Shown piece after piece: positions 24,433 through 37,633 of a stretch of DNA of 64,000 nt. Location: the NCBI RefSeq assembly GCF_006345805.1, contig NC_043013.1, positions 36,394,001 to 36,458,000 of the forward strand. The letters run 5' to 3'. Position numbers and translations under genes: made by a program. How positions within the stretch are numbered: the first letter of the stretch is position 1; each line of letters begins with the position of its first letter. The notes under the pieces are model-generated. The model was not told the DNA's origin and made no database searches. It worked only from the letters and a program-made list of their open reading frames with translations. This stretch comes from Octopus sinensis. Its lineage: Eukaryota.

Positions 24433-25889
24433 TTATTATCATGATGATGATGATCATCATCATCATCATCATTATTATTATTATTTTGTAGGGCATCCAA
24501 GATAGGTAGGAGGATTGGCAAGGAAAAGAGCTGATCAGTTCAATATATGCGAAAAGTCTGCTAAAGGAGGGTGCCAAAGGTCACAAAGGGTAGCGGCGTT
24601 TAACTTAGTGGCATAACAGTTGACTTTTATAGGAGGTGGGGAACAGATGGGATGGAAATGATGACAAGCAATGGGAAATTATGATGTTGATGATGATGGT
24701 GGTGGTGGTGGTGGTGGTGGTGGTTAATGGTGGTAATGATAGCAATATTGATCATGATGATGATGTTGGTGATGATGATGATGCTGATGATGATGATGAT
24801 GATGTTGATCATGATGATGTTGATGAGGATGGTGGTGGTGGTGGTAGCGGTGGTGATGATGATGAAAATGATAGCAATGTTGATGATGATGACCATGATG
24901 ATGATGATTATGATTATAATGCTGGTGTGATGTAAATGATTGATGAGGTTAGTGATAATGTGCATGGATGCTGAAGATGATTTTGGTGATGACAATGAGG
25001 ACGATGTGGATGATGATGATGATGATGACAGCAGAGACAATGGCGACAACAGCGAAGATAGTAATTAAAATGATGATAATGATAAAGTGGAAGAAGAAGA
25101 AGAAGGAGAAAGAGGAGGAGGTAGAGGAAGAAGAATAAGAAGAGGGGGAGAAGGAAGAAGAGGAAGACATGATAATGATGACATGATAACAACAATGACA
25201 ATGACAGCGACGAAGATGTTGATGATGATGATAATGATGACGATGACGATGATGACGATGATGATGATGATGATTACAATGATGATGATGATGGTGATAG
25301 TGGTGATGATGGCAATAGCAATAATAATGATAATTGCGATGTTGATGGTGATGAGGCTGAGGTTGGTGATGATTGTGACGAAGATAAAGATAACGATGTT
25401 AATGATTGTTAATGACGATGATGATGATTAAAAGGCAACAGGTAAGTAGTTATGAGTATTGATCATATCAGATCAATATCCTACTTATAGACAATCAATA
25501 TTAACACACATCGACACACACACACACACACTCACACATGTGCGCACACACGTTTGCCTGCTTATGTGCATACGCAATCAGACACACACATATATAAACA
25601 CGTATACAAAGATAACAGAAATCAATTATTTAAAAAAAAAATTAAAAAGGCAAAAATGAAAAAAAGAAAGAAAAATAAATTAGAAATTAAAGAATCAATT
25701 TATTGCGGTAATTATAACGTCTGCCACCAGAAATGTAGAATTTGGCTAAATTGAATATTTCTTCACCAGACTGTAAATACACACATACGTCTATACATAC
25801 AAGTTGACATACATACATATAGACATATGTATACATTTTTGTATGCATATATAGTATATATCTCTGTATGAGTTTCTGTATATACATAC

Positions 25890-25938
<49 letters not shown>

Positions 25939-26027
25939 CACATACATACACACAAACACACAAATACAAACACATAACTACAGACACACATATTCATATC
26001 TATATCTATATCTATCAATCTATGTTT

Positions 26028-26058
<31 letters not shown>

Positions 26059-26507
26059 ATTATAAAAGTGTAAAATACTTGTTTTTCCAGAAATTTCTAG
26101 CTCAGTTGATCATTCTCGGTCAAAATTATATATATATATACATACATACATAAATAGATACATACATACATACATACATATATATATATATACATGTTTG
26201 TAGCTATTTATATATTGGCATATATGTATATATACATGTAGCATATGGTATAATTATAAACAGGGCAAATTTTTTACAAATGTATATATATATATATATA
26301 TATATATGTTATATAAATGCATGCACTGATTTTTGCAACACATTATATTTTAACACTTTCATCATTAACTGTAAGGCTACTTTAATTTTTTTTTTTTTAG
26401 TCTTTTCTTTATAACAGATAACTTCAGTTTACATTATGAGTTCAAATCTGATTAAAGCCAGCCGAACTTACTGTTCATCTCAACCAATTAATATCCTGGT
26501 ATCTTTC

Positions 26508-26912
26508 ACTCTTTTACTTTTTTACTTGTTTCTGTCATTAGACTGTGCCCATGCTGGAGCACCACCTTTGGTCGAGCAAATCAACTTCAGGACTTATTCT
26601 TTGTGAGCCTAGTACTTATTCTACCGGTCTCTAAGTTATGGGGACGTAACACGCCAGCATCGGTTGTCAAGTGATGCTGGGGGGACAAACACAGACACAC
26701 AAATGCATACACACACACATACATATATATATGTATGTATATATACATATATGCGACAGGCTTCTTTCACTTTCTGTCTACCAAATCCATTCACAAGGCT
26801 TTGGTCAGCCCGAAGCTATAGTAGAAGACACCTGCCCAAGGTGCCACGCAGTGGAACTGAACCCGGAACCATGTGGTTGGTAAGCAAGCTACTGACCACA
26901 CAGCCACTCCTA
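26508..26912 (-). mobile_element. SINE S1, full length
   Basis: Tail to head ...CCACACAGCCACTCCTAC. Confidence 0.9.
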
Positions 26913-27163
26913 CATAATCGACTGTTTCCTCACCCATTCACCATGTAAAAAGCTGTGTTCTATGACTATTTTTGCTCATTAGTGATGTATTTAATTGCTT
27001 GGGCCTTAGAAGTCATAGGGCCACTTACGCAGCACCCGTGGCGTATAAGTTATGGACATCACCACATGACCCTTGAATGAGACACTGATCTGTTGCAGTG
27101 TTCAAACTCAGCATCTCTTGAATGAGGGGAGAAGTTAATGTGGTGACATTGACCTCAGTACTT

Positions 27164-27410
27164 GGAGGTGCATGGCATAGTGGTTAGTGTTGAACTCATG
27201 ATTGTAAGATTGTGGTTTCAATTCCTGGACTGGGTGATGCATTGTGTCCTTGAGCAAAACACTTCATTTCTCATTGCTGCAGTCCACTCAGCTGGCAAAA
27301 GTGAGTAACCCTGTAACAGACTAGCATCCCATCCAGGTGGAGTATATATATGCCATGAAACCAGGAAATAGGCCTTGATGAGTTAGCATTATTCGAAAAG
27401 ATAACCTACT
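27164..27410 (+). mobile_element. SINE S4
   Basis: GGAGGTGCATGGCATAGTGGTTAG...CTTGAGCAAAACACTTCA...CATCCCATCCAGGTGG. Confidence 0.8.
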
Positions 27411-27514
27411 TTACCCATGACTGTAAGATTGTGGATTTGATTCCTGGACTGGGTGATACGTTATGTTTTTGAGCAAAACACTTCATGTCATGTAACTCCA
27501 TTCTCCTTAGCTGC

Positions 27515-27665
27515 TTGTGTGGTAAGTAGCTTGCTTACCAACCACATGGTTCCAAGTTCATTCCCACTGTGCGGCACCTTGGGCAAGTGTCATCTACTAT
27601 AGCCCCGGGCCGGCCAAAGCCTTGTGAGTGGATTTGGTAGACAGAAACTGAAAGAAGCCCTTCCC

Positions 27666-27696
<31 letters not shown>

Positions 27697-27697
27697 G

Positions 27698-27732
<35 letters not shown>

Positions 27733-27980
27733 ATATAATATATATATATATACGTATGTGTGTATAGATGTTTGTGTGTTTTTGCTTGTCCCCCCCAACA
27801 TCGCTTCACAACCGATGCTTGTGTGTTTACGTCCCCATAACTTAGCGGTTCGGCAAAAGAGACCGATAGAATAAGTACTAGGCTTACAAAGAATAAGTCC
27901 TGGGGTCGATTTGCTCGACTAAAGGCGGTGCTCCAGCATAGCCACAGTAAAATGACTGAAACAAGAAAAAAAAAAGAGTA
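27515..27980 (+). mobile_element. SINE S1, near full length
   Basis: High similarity to 22999-23405. Confidence 0.9.
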
Positions 27981-28599
27981 AACCTTCAAGTGACTGGTGT
28001 CTCGTCCAGCAAGGAATATGCATATACCAGAAATTCTGGGAAATTGGCCCTATGTTCCTTACAGTATGATGTGGATTAACGATAGCCATAACCCAGTACT
28101 TAACAGGTATGTATTTTATTGAGCCAGAAGAGATGAAGGGTGTAATTGACCTTGGTGGGATTTGAACTCACAATGAAAAGAGTACCAAGAAATGTTGTTG
28201 AGTATTTTGTCTGACATGCTAATGGTTCTACCAGCATTAATATTGTTACCAAATTTAAGTGCTGCAAGCTGGTAAAATTCTTAGCACTTAAGGCAAAATT
28301 CTGAGCAGCATTTGATCCACCTATACATTCTGGGTTCAAATTCTGCTGAGGTCGACTTTGCCTTTCATTCATCTGGAGTCAATAGAACAAGTACCAGTTG
28401 ATTATTGGGGTTGATGTAATCAACCTAACTCTTCACTTGAGATTGCTGGCTGTGTGGAAGTCCATCATTTTAAAATATATATAGATAGATAGATGTATAT
28501 ATGTATGTATATATGTATATATTTATATATATATATATGTGTGTGTGCGTGTGTGTGTATATATAACAAAGTAAAGTTGTAAGGAAAGGAACCACACAT

Positions 28600-28870
28600 C
28601 ATCATCACCATTATCATTTAATGTCTGCTTTCATGCTGGCATGGGTTGGATGGTTTGACTGGTACTGGTAAGCTGGAGAGCTGCACCAGGTTCCAATCTG
28701 ATTCCACATAGTTCCTATGGCTTGACACCCTTCCTAACACCAACCATTCCAAGAATGTAATGGCTGCTTTTTATGTGCCACCGGCATAAATGCTTTTACG
28801 CACCACTGGCACAAGTGTCAATTACATGACACCGGCATAGGCCATGACTATGATTTCCCTTGCTTGACAA
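28600..28870 (-). mobile_element. RTE-type LINE 3' tail
   Basis: CATTTAATGTCTGCTTTCATGCTGGCATGGGTTGG...CCCTTCCTAACACCAACC. Confidence 0.75.
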
Positions 28871-28975
28871 GGACAAATATAAAAGAAATTCTTGACCCTG
28901 TGTGTATTTAATCATATTGCTTGAAGAATAAGAAAAATGAAGTTCATCATAGAAAATTTTGAAGAAACATAGGCA

Positions 28976-29390
28976 TAGGAGTGGCTGGGTGGTAGGTAGC
29001 TTGCTTACCAACCACATGGTTCCGGGTTCAGTCCCACTGCGTGGTACCTTGGGCAAGTGTCTTCTATTATAGCTTCGGGCCGACCAAAGCCTTGTGAGTG
29101 GATTTGGTAGATGGAAACTGAAAGAAGCCCATCGTATATATGTATATATATATGTATATGTATGTGTATGTGTACATGTTTGTGTATCTGTGTCTGTCCC
29201 CCCAACATCGCTTGACAACCAATGCTGGTGTGTTTACGTCCCTGTAACTTAGTGGTTCGGCAAAAGAGACCGATAGAATATGTACTAGGGTTACAAAGAA
29301 TAACTGCTGGGGTCGATTTGCTCAACTAAAGGTGGTGCTCCAGCATGGCCACAGTCAAATGACTGAGACAAGTAAAAGAGTAAAAGAGTA
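28976..29390 (+). mobile_element. SINE S1, full length
   Basis: Head AGGAGTGGCTGGGTGGTAGG, S1 body and tail. Confidence 0.9.
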
Positions 29391-30662
29391 AACATATCTT
29401 ACTTGTTCACCTCAGTTCTCACTTAACTAACTTCTTAATCCAATCTCTTTAGGTTAGTTTTATCAATAGTGTAAGGGATATGCTAACCAGGGGGTCATTT
29501 TGTAGTTAATCAAGCAATAAAATGGCTCCCTTGTATGCTTACAGCTAATTTGTCACCAAATCTTCCCTTCAAATTCATCCAATTGTCTTGAAAAGGGACG
29601 GGTGCATTTGATAATATCATTTTTGATACGTAATAGCATGAAAGAAAAACAGGATGGTCATGGTTGGAATACCTTTGGTAATAGTTCTGTTCTGTTAATG
29701 ATCCCCTCAGGTTACAAAAATACCACAACAGCTAAACTTTGCTGAGAGGCAAAATGAATCTATGAGGAATACAAATTTTCAGCAGAACTAAATATCACCA
29801 AATACCAAAAAACCATTGAAGAATTTTGTTTAGCAATCTAAACGTTTTGTTACCTACTGCCCCTTTAATAAGAGAAATAAGGATTGCTGACATATTTGTG
29901 AGGCAACAAATAGAGACCACTTAATTAAATCCTACATCCCCAATAAATCACAGGTATCTGTTCAATTTACTGGTGAATATTAAAGAGTGAAAAGAAAAGG
30001 TACTCTGAAAGGTTTTTGGACTTTGAACAGAAAAAAATAAAAAAATAAAGACCATAATGAAGTACTCCAACAATTTGCTCTTATTTATTGTTGTTGTTAT
30101 TGTTGTACTTATGACTAGTGCTGTTGTTGTTTTTGCTGTAGCTGCAGTGGTTGTTGCTGCAGCCATTCACACTATTATGGCTGGCTGTCAAATGATGATG
30201 TTGATGATGATGTTGATGATGGTGGTGGTGGTGGTGGTGTTGATGAAAATGATAGCAATGTTGATGATGATGACCATGATGATGATGACCATCATGTTGA
30301 TGATGATGTTGTTGTTGTTGTTGTTGTTATTGTAGTTTTTGGTGTTGTTCCTGTTGCTGTCGTTTTGTTTCTTTTTTGTTGTTGTTGTTGTTGTGTGTGT
30401 CACTGATGCTTTTGTCGTTGTTCTTGTTGTTGCTGCTGCTGCTGCTGCTGCTGGTGTTATTGACACTGACAAAAAGTGTTGTTGATGTTGATGTATTTGT
30501 TAACATACTTGTATGACAATTGTCTTCTGGTTACCAAACGAATAAATAAATAAATACGTCTACATTTGTTTGTTTATTTGTTTATACTGTCCCTGTCTTG
30601 GTTTACTGTACTCCCCTTCTCTCAGGGCCTTAGCAGAACCAACAAGAACACATCTCTCTCTT

Positions 30663-30708
<46 letters not shown>

Positions 30709-30729
30709 ATATATATGTATGTATATATG

Positions 30730-30814
<85 letters not shown>

Positions 30815-32228
30815 GTATATATATATAAATATATACATACACACACACATATACATACAAATACACATATATATATGCAAGTGTGTGTGTATGTATATAT
30901 ATAATATATATATATATATGAATGCACATGCACAGAGGTAAATATAAACATTTTCACACAGTCTGGCTCTCTAACTCTCACCCTCTCTCCCTCTCTCCCC
31001 ATTTCTCTCTCTCTCTCTCTCTCTCTCTCTTCCTCCTTCTTTCTCTCTCTCTCTCTCTGGTACATTCATTTCCCTAAGGCATTCATTTATGACCAAATAA
31101 TGGATCAGTACAGTGTTTGATAGTGTAAGGATCAGCTTTCTTGGTGTTAAAAACATACAAAAACATGCAAAAAAAAAATTAAAAAGGTGGAGAAAAGAAG
31201 AAGAAAAAAGACAAGTACACATGCACACATACGTACACACGTACATATACCCATATGCAGAGAAAAATACAGTAGAAGCAAATACCCTAGTAAAACAGAA
31301 AGCTGAAAACTCTTACCCACACACATATGCACACATACAGCCATACACATGCACGTAAAAGTAGAGTAAAAAACCCCAGGAAAATACAAGTTAAAACATA
31401 TGTATTACTATACACACAAGCATAAACATATACACATATGTACATGCATACATGTACACACACATATATATACAGATGTGCACATATACACATGCACATA
31501 TGCACATATGCACAAACATATATGCACATATACAAACAAATAAAACAAATACGCGGAGAAAATTTTTGTAAAATTCTGAAATAGAATAAAAAAAATTTGA
31601 CAAAAATTTCCAGAAATTTTAAATAAATTTGAAAAACAAATGTACATGAAATGAATAAATAAATAAATAAAATAATATATAAAAAAGAACAATTTGACAT
31701 TTTCATCATCAGTATTGTTGTTTTTGTTTTTATTGTCTTTACTTTTGTTTCTTTCTTTTAAAATTTAAATTTAAATTTAAATAAAAAAGCAGGGAAAAAT
31801 TTTGTCAAGCCACCATTTTTCTTGTTTTATTTCATTTAGTGTTTATTTGTTTTTCATTTTAGTTATTCTTTTTGTTTGTTTGTATTTTATTGATTTTGTA
31901 ATTTTGTTTTTATTTTTATTTTTATTTTGATTTTGATTTTGTATGTTTTCTTCATTTTGTATCTTTTAAAAACTTTTTTAAAATCTTGATTGAAAAAAAA
32001 AAAGCCATTTTATTTTAGTGTTTCTTTTTCTTAAATTATATCATCGAAATTTTCTATTTTGTTCAAATTATGCATTTATTTACTTTGTACTTTTGTTTTG
32101 CTTTTCATCATCATCATCATCATCACTGTCATTGCAATCGTCATAGTCATCATCATCACCACCACCATAAAAATAATAAGAATTATGATCATGATCATGA
32201 TCATCATCGCTATCATCAGTACCATCAT

Positions 32229-32262
<34 letters not shown>

Positions 32263-32472
32263 AGCATCATAACTGTTGTATATATTTTGTACAAGATACA
32301 AAAGATAAAAAACAATTTGAAATAAATAAATCTACAATTAAAACAAACATTTTAAAATTCCGCTTTATTTTTTTTAATTGCTTTTTTTTTATGAATTATA
32401 TATTTTTAAATACGACTTTATTCTTCCTAGAACTGTTTTGGTTGTGATTATTGTCCTTCATATTGTTGTGCC

Positions 32473-32536
<64 letters not shown>

Positions 32537-33424
32537 TTGATTACAGTTGTTGTCATTGCTTCTGTTACATAAGATTTTCTTTTATTGTTATTGATGTTGT
32601 TACTACTGCCGTTGTTCTGACAATTTTCTTTTGTATTTATTTGCTCAAAAAATTTTTTTAGCTATTTGTATTTGATTTTTTTTTCTATTCATAGGTACGT
32701 ATAACGTAAGGGTCAATGTTTAATTCCTATTTTTATTATTTTCAACAAATAATTATTTGTTATTTTCATTTATTTATTCGAATTTTATCCAATTTTATTT
32801 CATCTTATCTGTATTGAAAATTTCCTTTTTCGTCTTCTTTTTTTTTTAAAAAAAAAACAAGATTTAAATATATTTTTTATTGAATTTATTTTACACATGT
32901 TTCTGCTTGTTTCAATTTTTACAAACAAAATCAAATAAAATAAAATAAACTACAAGAAAAACACGAAAAAAATATTCTGTTGTCTTTTGTATTCTTATTT
33001 CTCACTTTTATTTATTTTAAAATGTTTGAAGAAATTTTGCTATTTATTATTTATTTAATTTTTATTCAAATATTATCTGTTTATTATCTTATTTATTTAT
33101 GTTATCTATTTATTTTTTTATAAATAGTCATCTTTATCTTTGTTTTAATTTCTTTTTAATTATTTATTTGTTTTGCCTACTTCCTCATTACCATTTCAAA
33201 CTTCTATTTTAACATCTTTATTAAATTTAAAGATTGCATTTTTTGATTTCGATTCTATTTCATTAAAAAACCCCAGAAATTATCTTCCATTTATATCGAT
33301 GCATATTATTTTCCTCCTTCTCATCCTCATCCTCATCCTCATCCTCTTCTTCTTCTTCTTCTTCTTCTTCTTCCTCTTCCTCTTCCTCTTCTTCTTCTTC
33401 TTCTTCTTCTTCTACTACTACTAC

Positions 33425-33481
<57 letters not shown>

Positions 33482-35017
33482 TATTATTATCATTATCAAT
33501 ATTATTATCATTATTACCATCATCAGTTTTATTATTATTATTAATATTATTATTATTATTATTATTATTATTATCATCATCAATGGTATTATTGTTATCA
33601 TCACCATCATCACCACCATCATTGTTATCGTTCTCATCCTTATTATCATTCCCTTTGCAGCAATGCCTTTTGGCCCTTCACCATTCTTTCCTAATGCTTT
33701 CATCTCATGAATCCAGTCACTTCATCTCTTTTGTTCAAGTATTTCCTTTACTTCATCTTTCTCTTATTTAACACTGTCACTGATTTTTCTCAGAGCTTTT
33801 AGTGTTTTTGCAATTTAAAAAAAAAAAAAGTTTCTCTATTTGTAAATGTTTATTTATTTGTTTATTTATTTATTTACTTTGAAGTTTAAATTTTTCAGTA
33901 AAGAGTTATTTTTTTGTTTTACTTCTTTTGTTTCATAGCAGTGGTGGAGATGGTGTTGGTAAGGGTTGGGATATAAGGGCCAGAAGATTTCTTCAGGTTT
34001 ACCATTCTTCAAAGTGCTGTTGTTCTTTTTTGTCATTGCAATTTGTCTTCTTCACCTTTCTTTATTTCTTCCTTCCTTTCTTTCTTTTTTCCTTTTTTCT
34101 ATATCCTTTTTCTATTTCTCTGCCTCCTCCTTCTCTTCCTTCTTCTCCTCCTCCTCTCTCTCCTCTTCCTCTTTCTTTTCCCCACCTCATCACCATTGTT
34201 ATTGTTACTGTTGTTGTTGCTGCTGCTGCTGCTGTATTATCATTATTGAAATCATTATCATTATCATCGTTATTATTAAGTACTGGGGTTAATTGAATCA
34301 AACATCCACCACCTCATCAAAGTTCCAGGTCATGAGCTTATGTTAGAAGCAATCATCATCATCATCATTAGCACCACCACCACCACCAACAGCATCATCA
34401 TTATCATCATTATCGTTGACATAATGGTCATCGTCATTGTCATAATCATCAGCATCATCATCATTGTCATCACCATTACTGTGATCATAGTCATCATCGT
34501 CATTATCGTAATCATCATCATCATCATCATCATGACCATCATCAGTGTCGTCATCGTCATCAGCAGCAGCATTGTCATAATCATCATAATCATCCTCATC
34601 TTTAGCAGCAGCAGCAGCAGCAGTGTCTCTTTTGCTCAAAGTTTGTTTACAGCAGTTACCATGGTTATCAGCTAAACACATCAATCAAGAGAACCGTTTC
34701 AGCTAAAACATGCTACATAAAACGTGTGTATGTGTAAACGTGTATGTGCTTGTGGGTGTGTGTATATGAATGTGTGTATGTGTGTGTGTGTGTCTATCAG
34801 ATTAAACCTAAGAAATAGTGAGATAATTGAATTAAAAAGAAAACAAGTAAAATAGACAAGATTTTTGCCTTTCTTTTCTTCTTTATGCTTATTTTATGTG
34901 TGTATGTATGTATGTATGTATGTGTGTGTGTGTGTTTCTATATAAGTGTGTCTTTGTATATAGTTATATATATGTATACAGTGTGTCTCTGTATACAGTT
35001 CTACGCCATATGCCCAT

Positions 35018-35286
35018 GGGCATAGAGCGTAGTGGTTAAGAGCGCGGGCTACTAGCCCCAAGATTCCGAGTTTGATTCCAAGCAGTAACCTGAACAATAA
35101 CAATAATAATAATAATAATAATAATAACAGTAACATCGAAAAATATTTTAGGAATGAGAACTCAGGTTCGAAATTTCCCCCAAGAAACCGGACGAAGGCT
35201 GGAGGGTATATCAGCCGAAACGTTGTGTTAACAACAAACAAGATGAAAGAAAAATATCCATCAAATGCAAATAATGTAAATAATGT
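35018..35286 (+). mobile_element. tRNA-headed element with (AAT)n linker and hammerhead-like 3' module (family E)
   Basis: A-box-like AGCGTAGTGGTTAAG and B-box-like GAGTTTGATTCC, then AAAC CGGACGA A GGCTGG AGGGTATA TCAGCC GAAA CGT T GTGT at 35185-35228. Confidence 0.6.
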
Positions 35287-35589
35287 GTCTCTGTATTTTT
35301 CCTATGCTTGATGACCAATTTTGATGACCAATCTTGGTTTGTTTGAGCCCCAAATAAAGGTGGTGTAATCATATCCAGGTTGCTTTTGATCATAAATATG
35401 ATCGGTCAGGGTTGACCTGGGGTTAAACAACAACAACTACAGCAACAACAATTACTACCATTGTTATTGTGATAACTTAAAGTTTTTGTTTATTGTGTTA
35501 CTCTTTCCTATTCATATCTGATCACAGATGTCAGCACCTTAGCATGATAATGTATTGACCAGTAAAAGAGTAATTCACTTTTGTTTTGA

Positions 35590-35950
35590 GCTCAGCTTTG
35601 CCTTTCATCCTTTTGTGGGGGGTCGATAAATTAAGTACCAGTTGCATACTGGGGTCGATCTAATTGACTGGCTCCCTCCCCCCAAATTTCGGGCCTTGTG
35701 CATAGAGCAGAAAAGAGTATTAAACTGTCTTAAGGTGACAAGCTGACAAAAACGTTAGCATGCTGGACGAAATGCTTAGCGGTATTTCATCTGTCTTTAC
35801 AGTCTGAGTTCAAAATTCCGCCAAGGTCGACTTTGTCTTGCGTCCTTTTGGGGTCAATAGATTAAGTACCAGTTGCGTACTGGAGTCGATCTAATCGACT
35901 GACCCCTCCCCAAAAATTTTGGGCCTTGTGCTTAGAGTAGAAAAGAAATC
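35590..35950 (+). mobile_element. Two adjacent SINE S2 copies (first 5'-truncated)
   Basis: Duplicated TTAAGTACCAGTTGC.TACTGG.GTCGATCTAAT.GACT...GGGCCTTGTGC.TAGAG.AGAAAAGA. Confidence 0.85.
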
Positions 35951-36440
35951 ACTTTAATTTTCCAGTTTTTTTTTTGTATATTTTTGTCAAGAAAGAAGGC
36001 TGGACCCTGACCACTAAACCCTGTGATTTTCAGCCATTTCTTTTTCCTATGGACCCTTTTGTTTCCTATTTTACAATTAGATATTATTGGGAGTTCTTTT
36101 ATTCTTTAATTTGTTTCAGTCATTTGACTGCGGCCGTGCTCGAGCACCACCTTTAGTCAAACAAATTGACCCCAAGACTTATCCTTTGTAAGCCTAATAC
36201 CTATTCTATCGGCCTCTTTTTGCCGAACCACTAAGTTTCGGGGACATAAATACACCAACATCAGTGTCAAGTGATGATGTGTGTGGGGACAAACACAGAT
36301 ACACAAATACATACATACATACACGTATATGTATATATATATATATATAATTAATAATAAATATTAGGGAATAAATCCAAACTTACAGGGAAAAATCAGA
36401 TTTAGGATTGAATCCAATTTTATAGTAAAATATTATATTA

Positions 36441-36785
36441 TATTAAATTAGAGATAAAACCACTATTATGCAAATCAAACAATGAAAAACTTAAGCCAAT
36501 ACATATGATTAATTTATATTATTTAAATATGTAACAAAATTATTAAAAAAATATAATTAATATCACACTACGATCGTTTCATGCCTGCTGTCTTCAAATT
36601 TTTGAGTCGCAGTCATTCATCAGGTGGTTTAAATATTTTAGGCATGAAACGATCGTAGTGTGATATTAATTATATTTTTTTAATAATTTTGTTACATATT
36701 TAAATAATATAAATTAATCATATATATTGGCTTAAGCTTTTCATTGTTTGATTTGCCTAATAGTGGTTTTGTCTCTAATTTAATA
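36441..36785. repeat. Near-perfect palindrome (146-bp arms, 53-bp spacer)
   Basis: 36441-36586 versus the reverse complement of 36640-36785: 4 mismatches. Confidence 0.92.
36566..36626 (-). ncRNA. Candidate minimal type I hammerhead ribozyme, canonical core (family C)
   Basis: Minus strand: CAC CTGATGA ATG A CTGC [20 nt] GCAG G CAT GAAA C GATC GT A GTG; all core positions intact, palindromic GATC loop. Confidence 0.75.
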
Positions 36786-36801
36786 TATATATATATAATT
36801 A

Positions 36802-36851
<50 letters not shown>

Positions 36852-37248
36852 CGACAGGCTTCTTTCAGTTTCTGTCTACCACATCTACTCACAAGGCTTT
36901 GGTTGGCTTGAAGCTATAATAGAAGACACTTGCTCAAGATGCCATGCAGTGGGACTGAACCCAGAATCATGTGGTTTGGGAGCAACCTTCTTATACCCTT
37001 TCCCCAAAATTGCTGGCCTTGTGCCCAAAATTTGAAATCAATATTTAATTATAAAAATACAAAGAGATTCTTTTAAACATAGAATGGCTATGGGGGTCCA
37101 GAAGAGCAGTGTTTCTCAACCTTGACACCCATGCATGACCCTTAAAATAATTACATATCTCAAGGAACCTCTGTACAAAAAAAATTATATACCATATCAT
37201 TTTAATATTTTTTCATCATAGTTCACATGGTAAATATCATTTATATAT

Positions 37249-37336
<88 letters not shown>

Positions 37337-37359
37337 ATATGCATGTATATAAGATCGAT

Positions 37360-37525
37360 AGCCACTACACATTCTTTATTTTCTCTATTTTCTCTCCTTG
37401 TTTCTGTGTCTCTTTCTGTAGGCTCGAAACATTAAAGACTTTTTCACTTCCCGAGCGTTATACTAATACATCCGTTTGTTATCTACACCACCTGTCTTCG
37501 TCTCTTTTTTTTGTGAATTCTCCCT
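37360..37525 (+). mobile_element. Family D element with internal deletion in the ribozyme-like core
   Basis: TCTTT CTGT AGGCTC GAAAC ATT AAAGA, followed by the family D tail. Confidence 0.6.
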
Positions 37526-37633
37526 ATACATATACATATATATATATATATTTCAAAAAGAATGGACTGATTACATTATGCAAAATTTTAAAAGGGAAAA
37601 GCAATAAAAAACTCTAGCTAAGTCACAAGTATT

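Larger units (their letters stand above)
36094..36995 (-). mobile_element. SINE S1 interrupted in its internal (TA)n by a hammerhead-bearing palindromic insert
   Basis: S1 3' half at 36094-36340, S1 5' half at 36850-36995. Confidence 0.85.

Noticed and set aside
35018-35090. A true tRNA gene
   Set aside because: Imperfect acceptor stem, mutated B box, and continuity with a repeat body indicate a SINE-type head. The same applies to the heads at 4074, 22999 and 43740.
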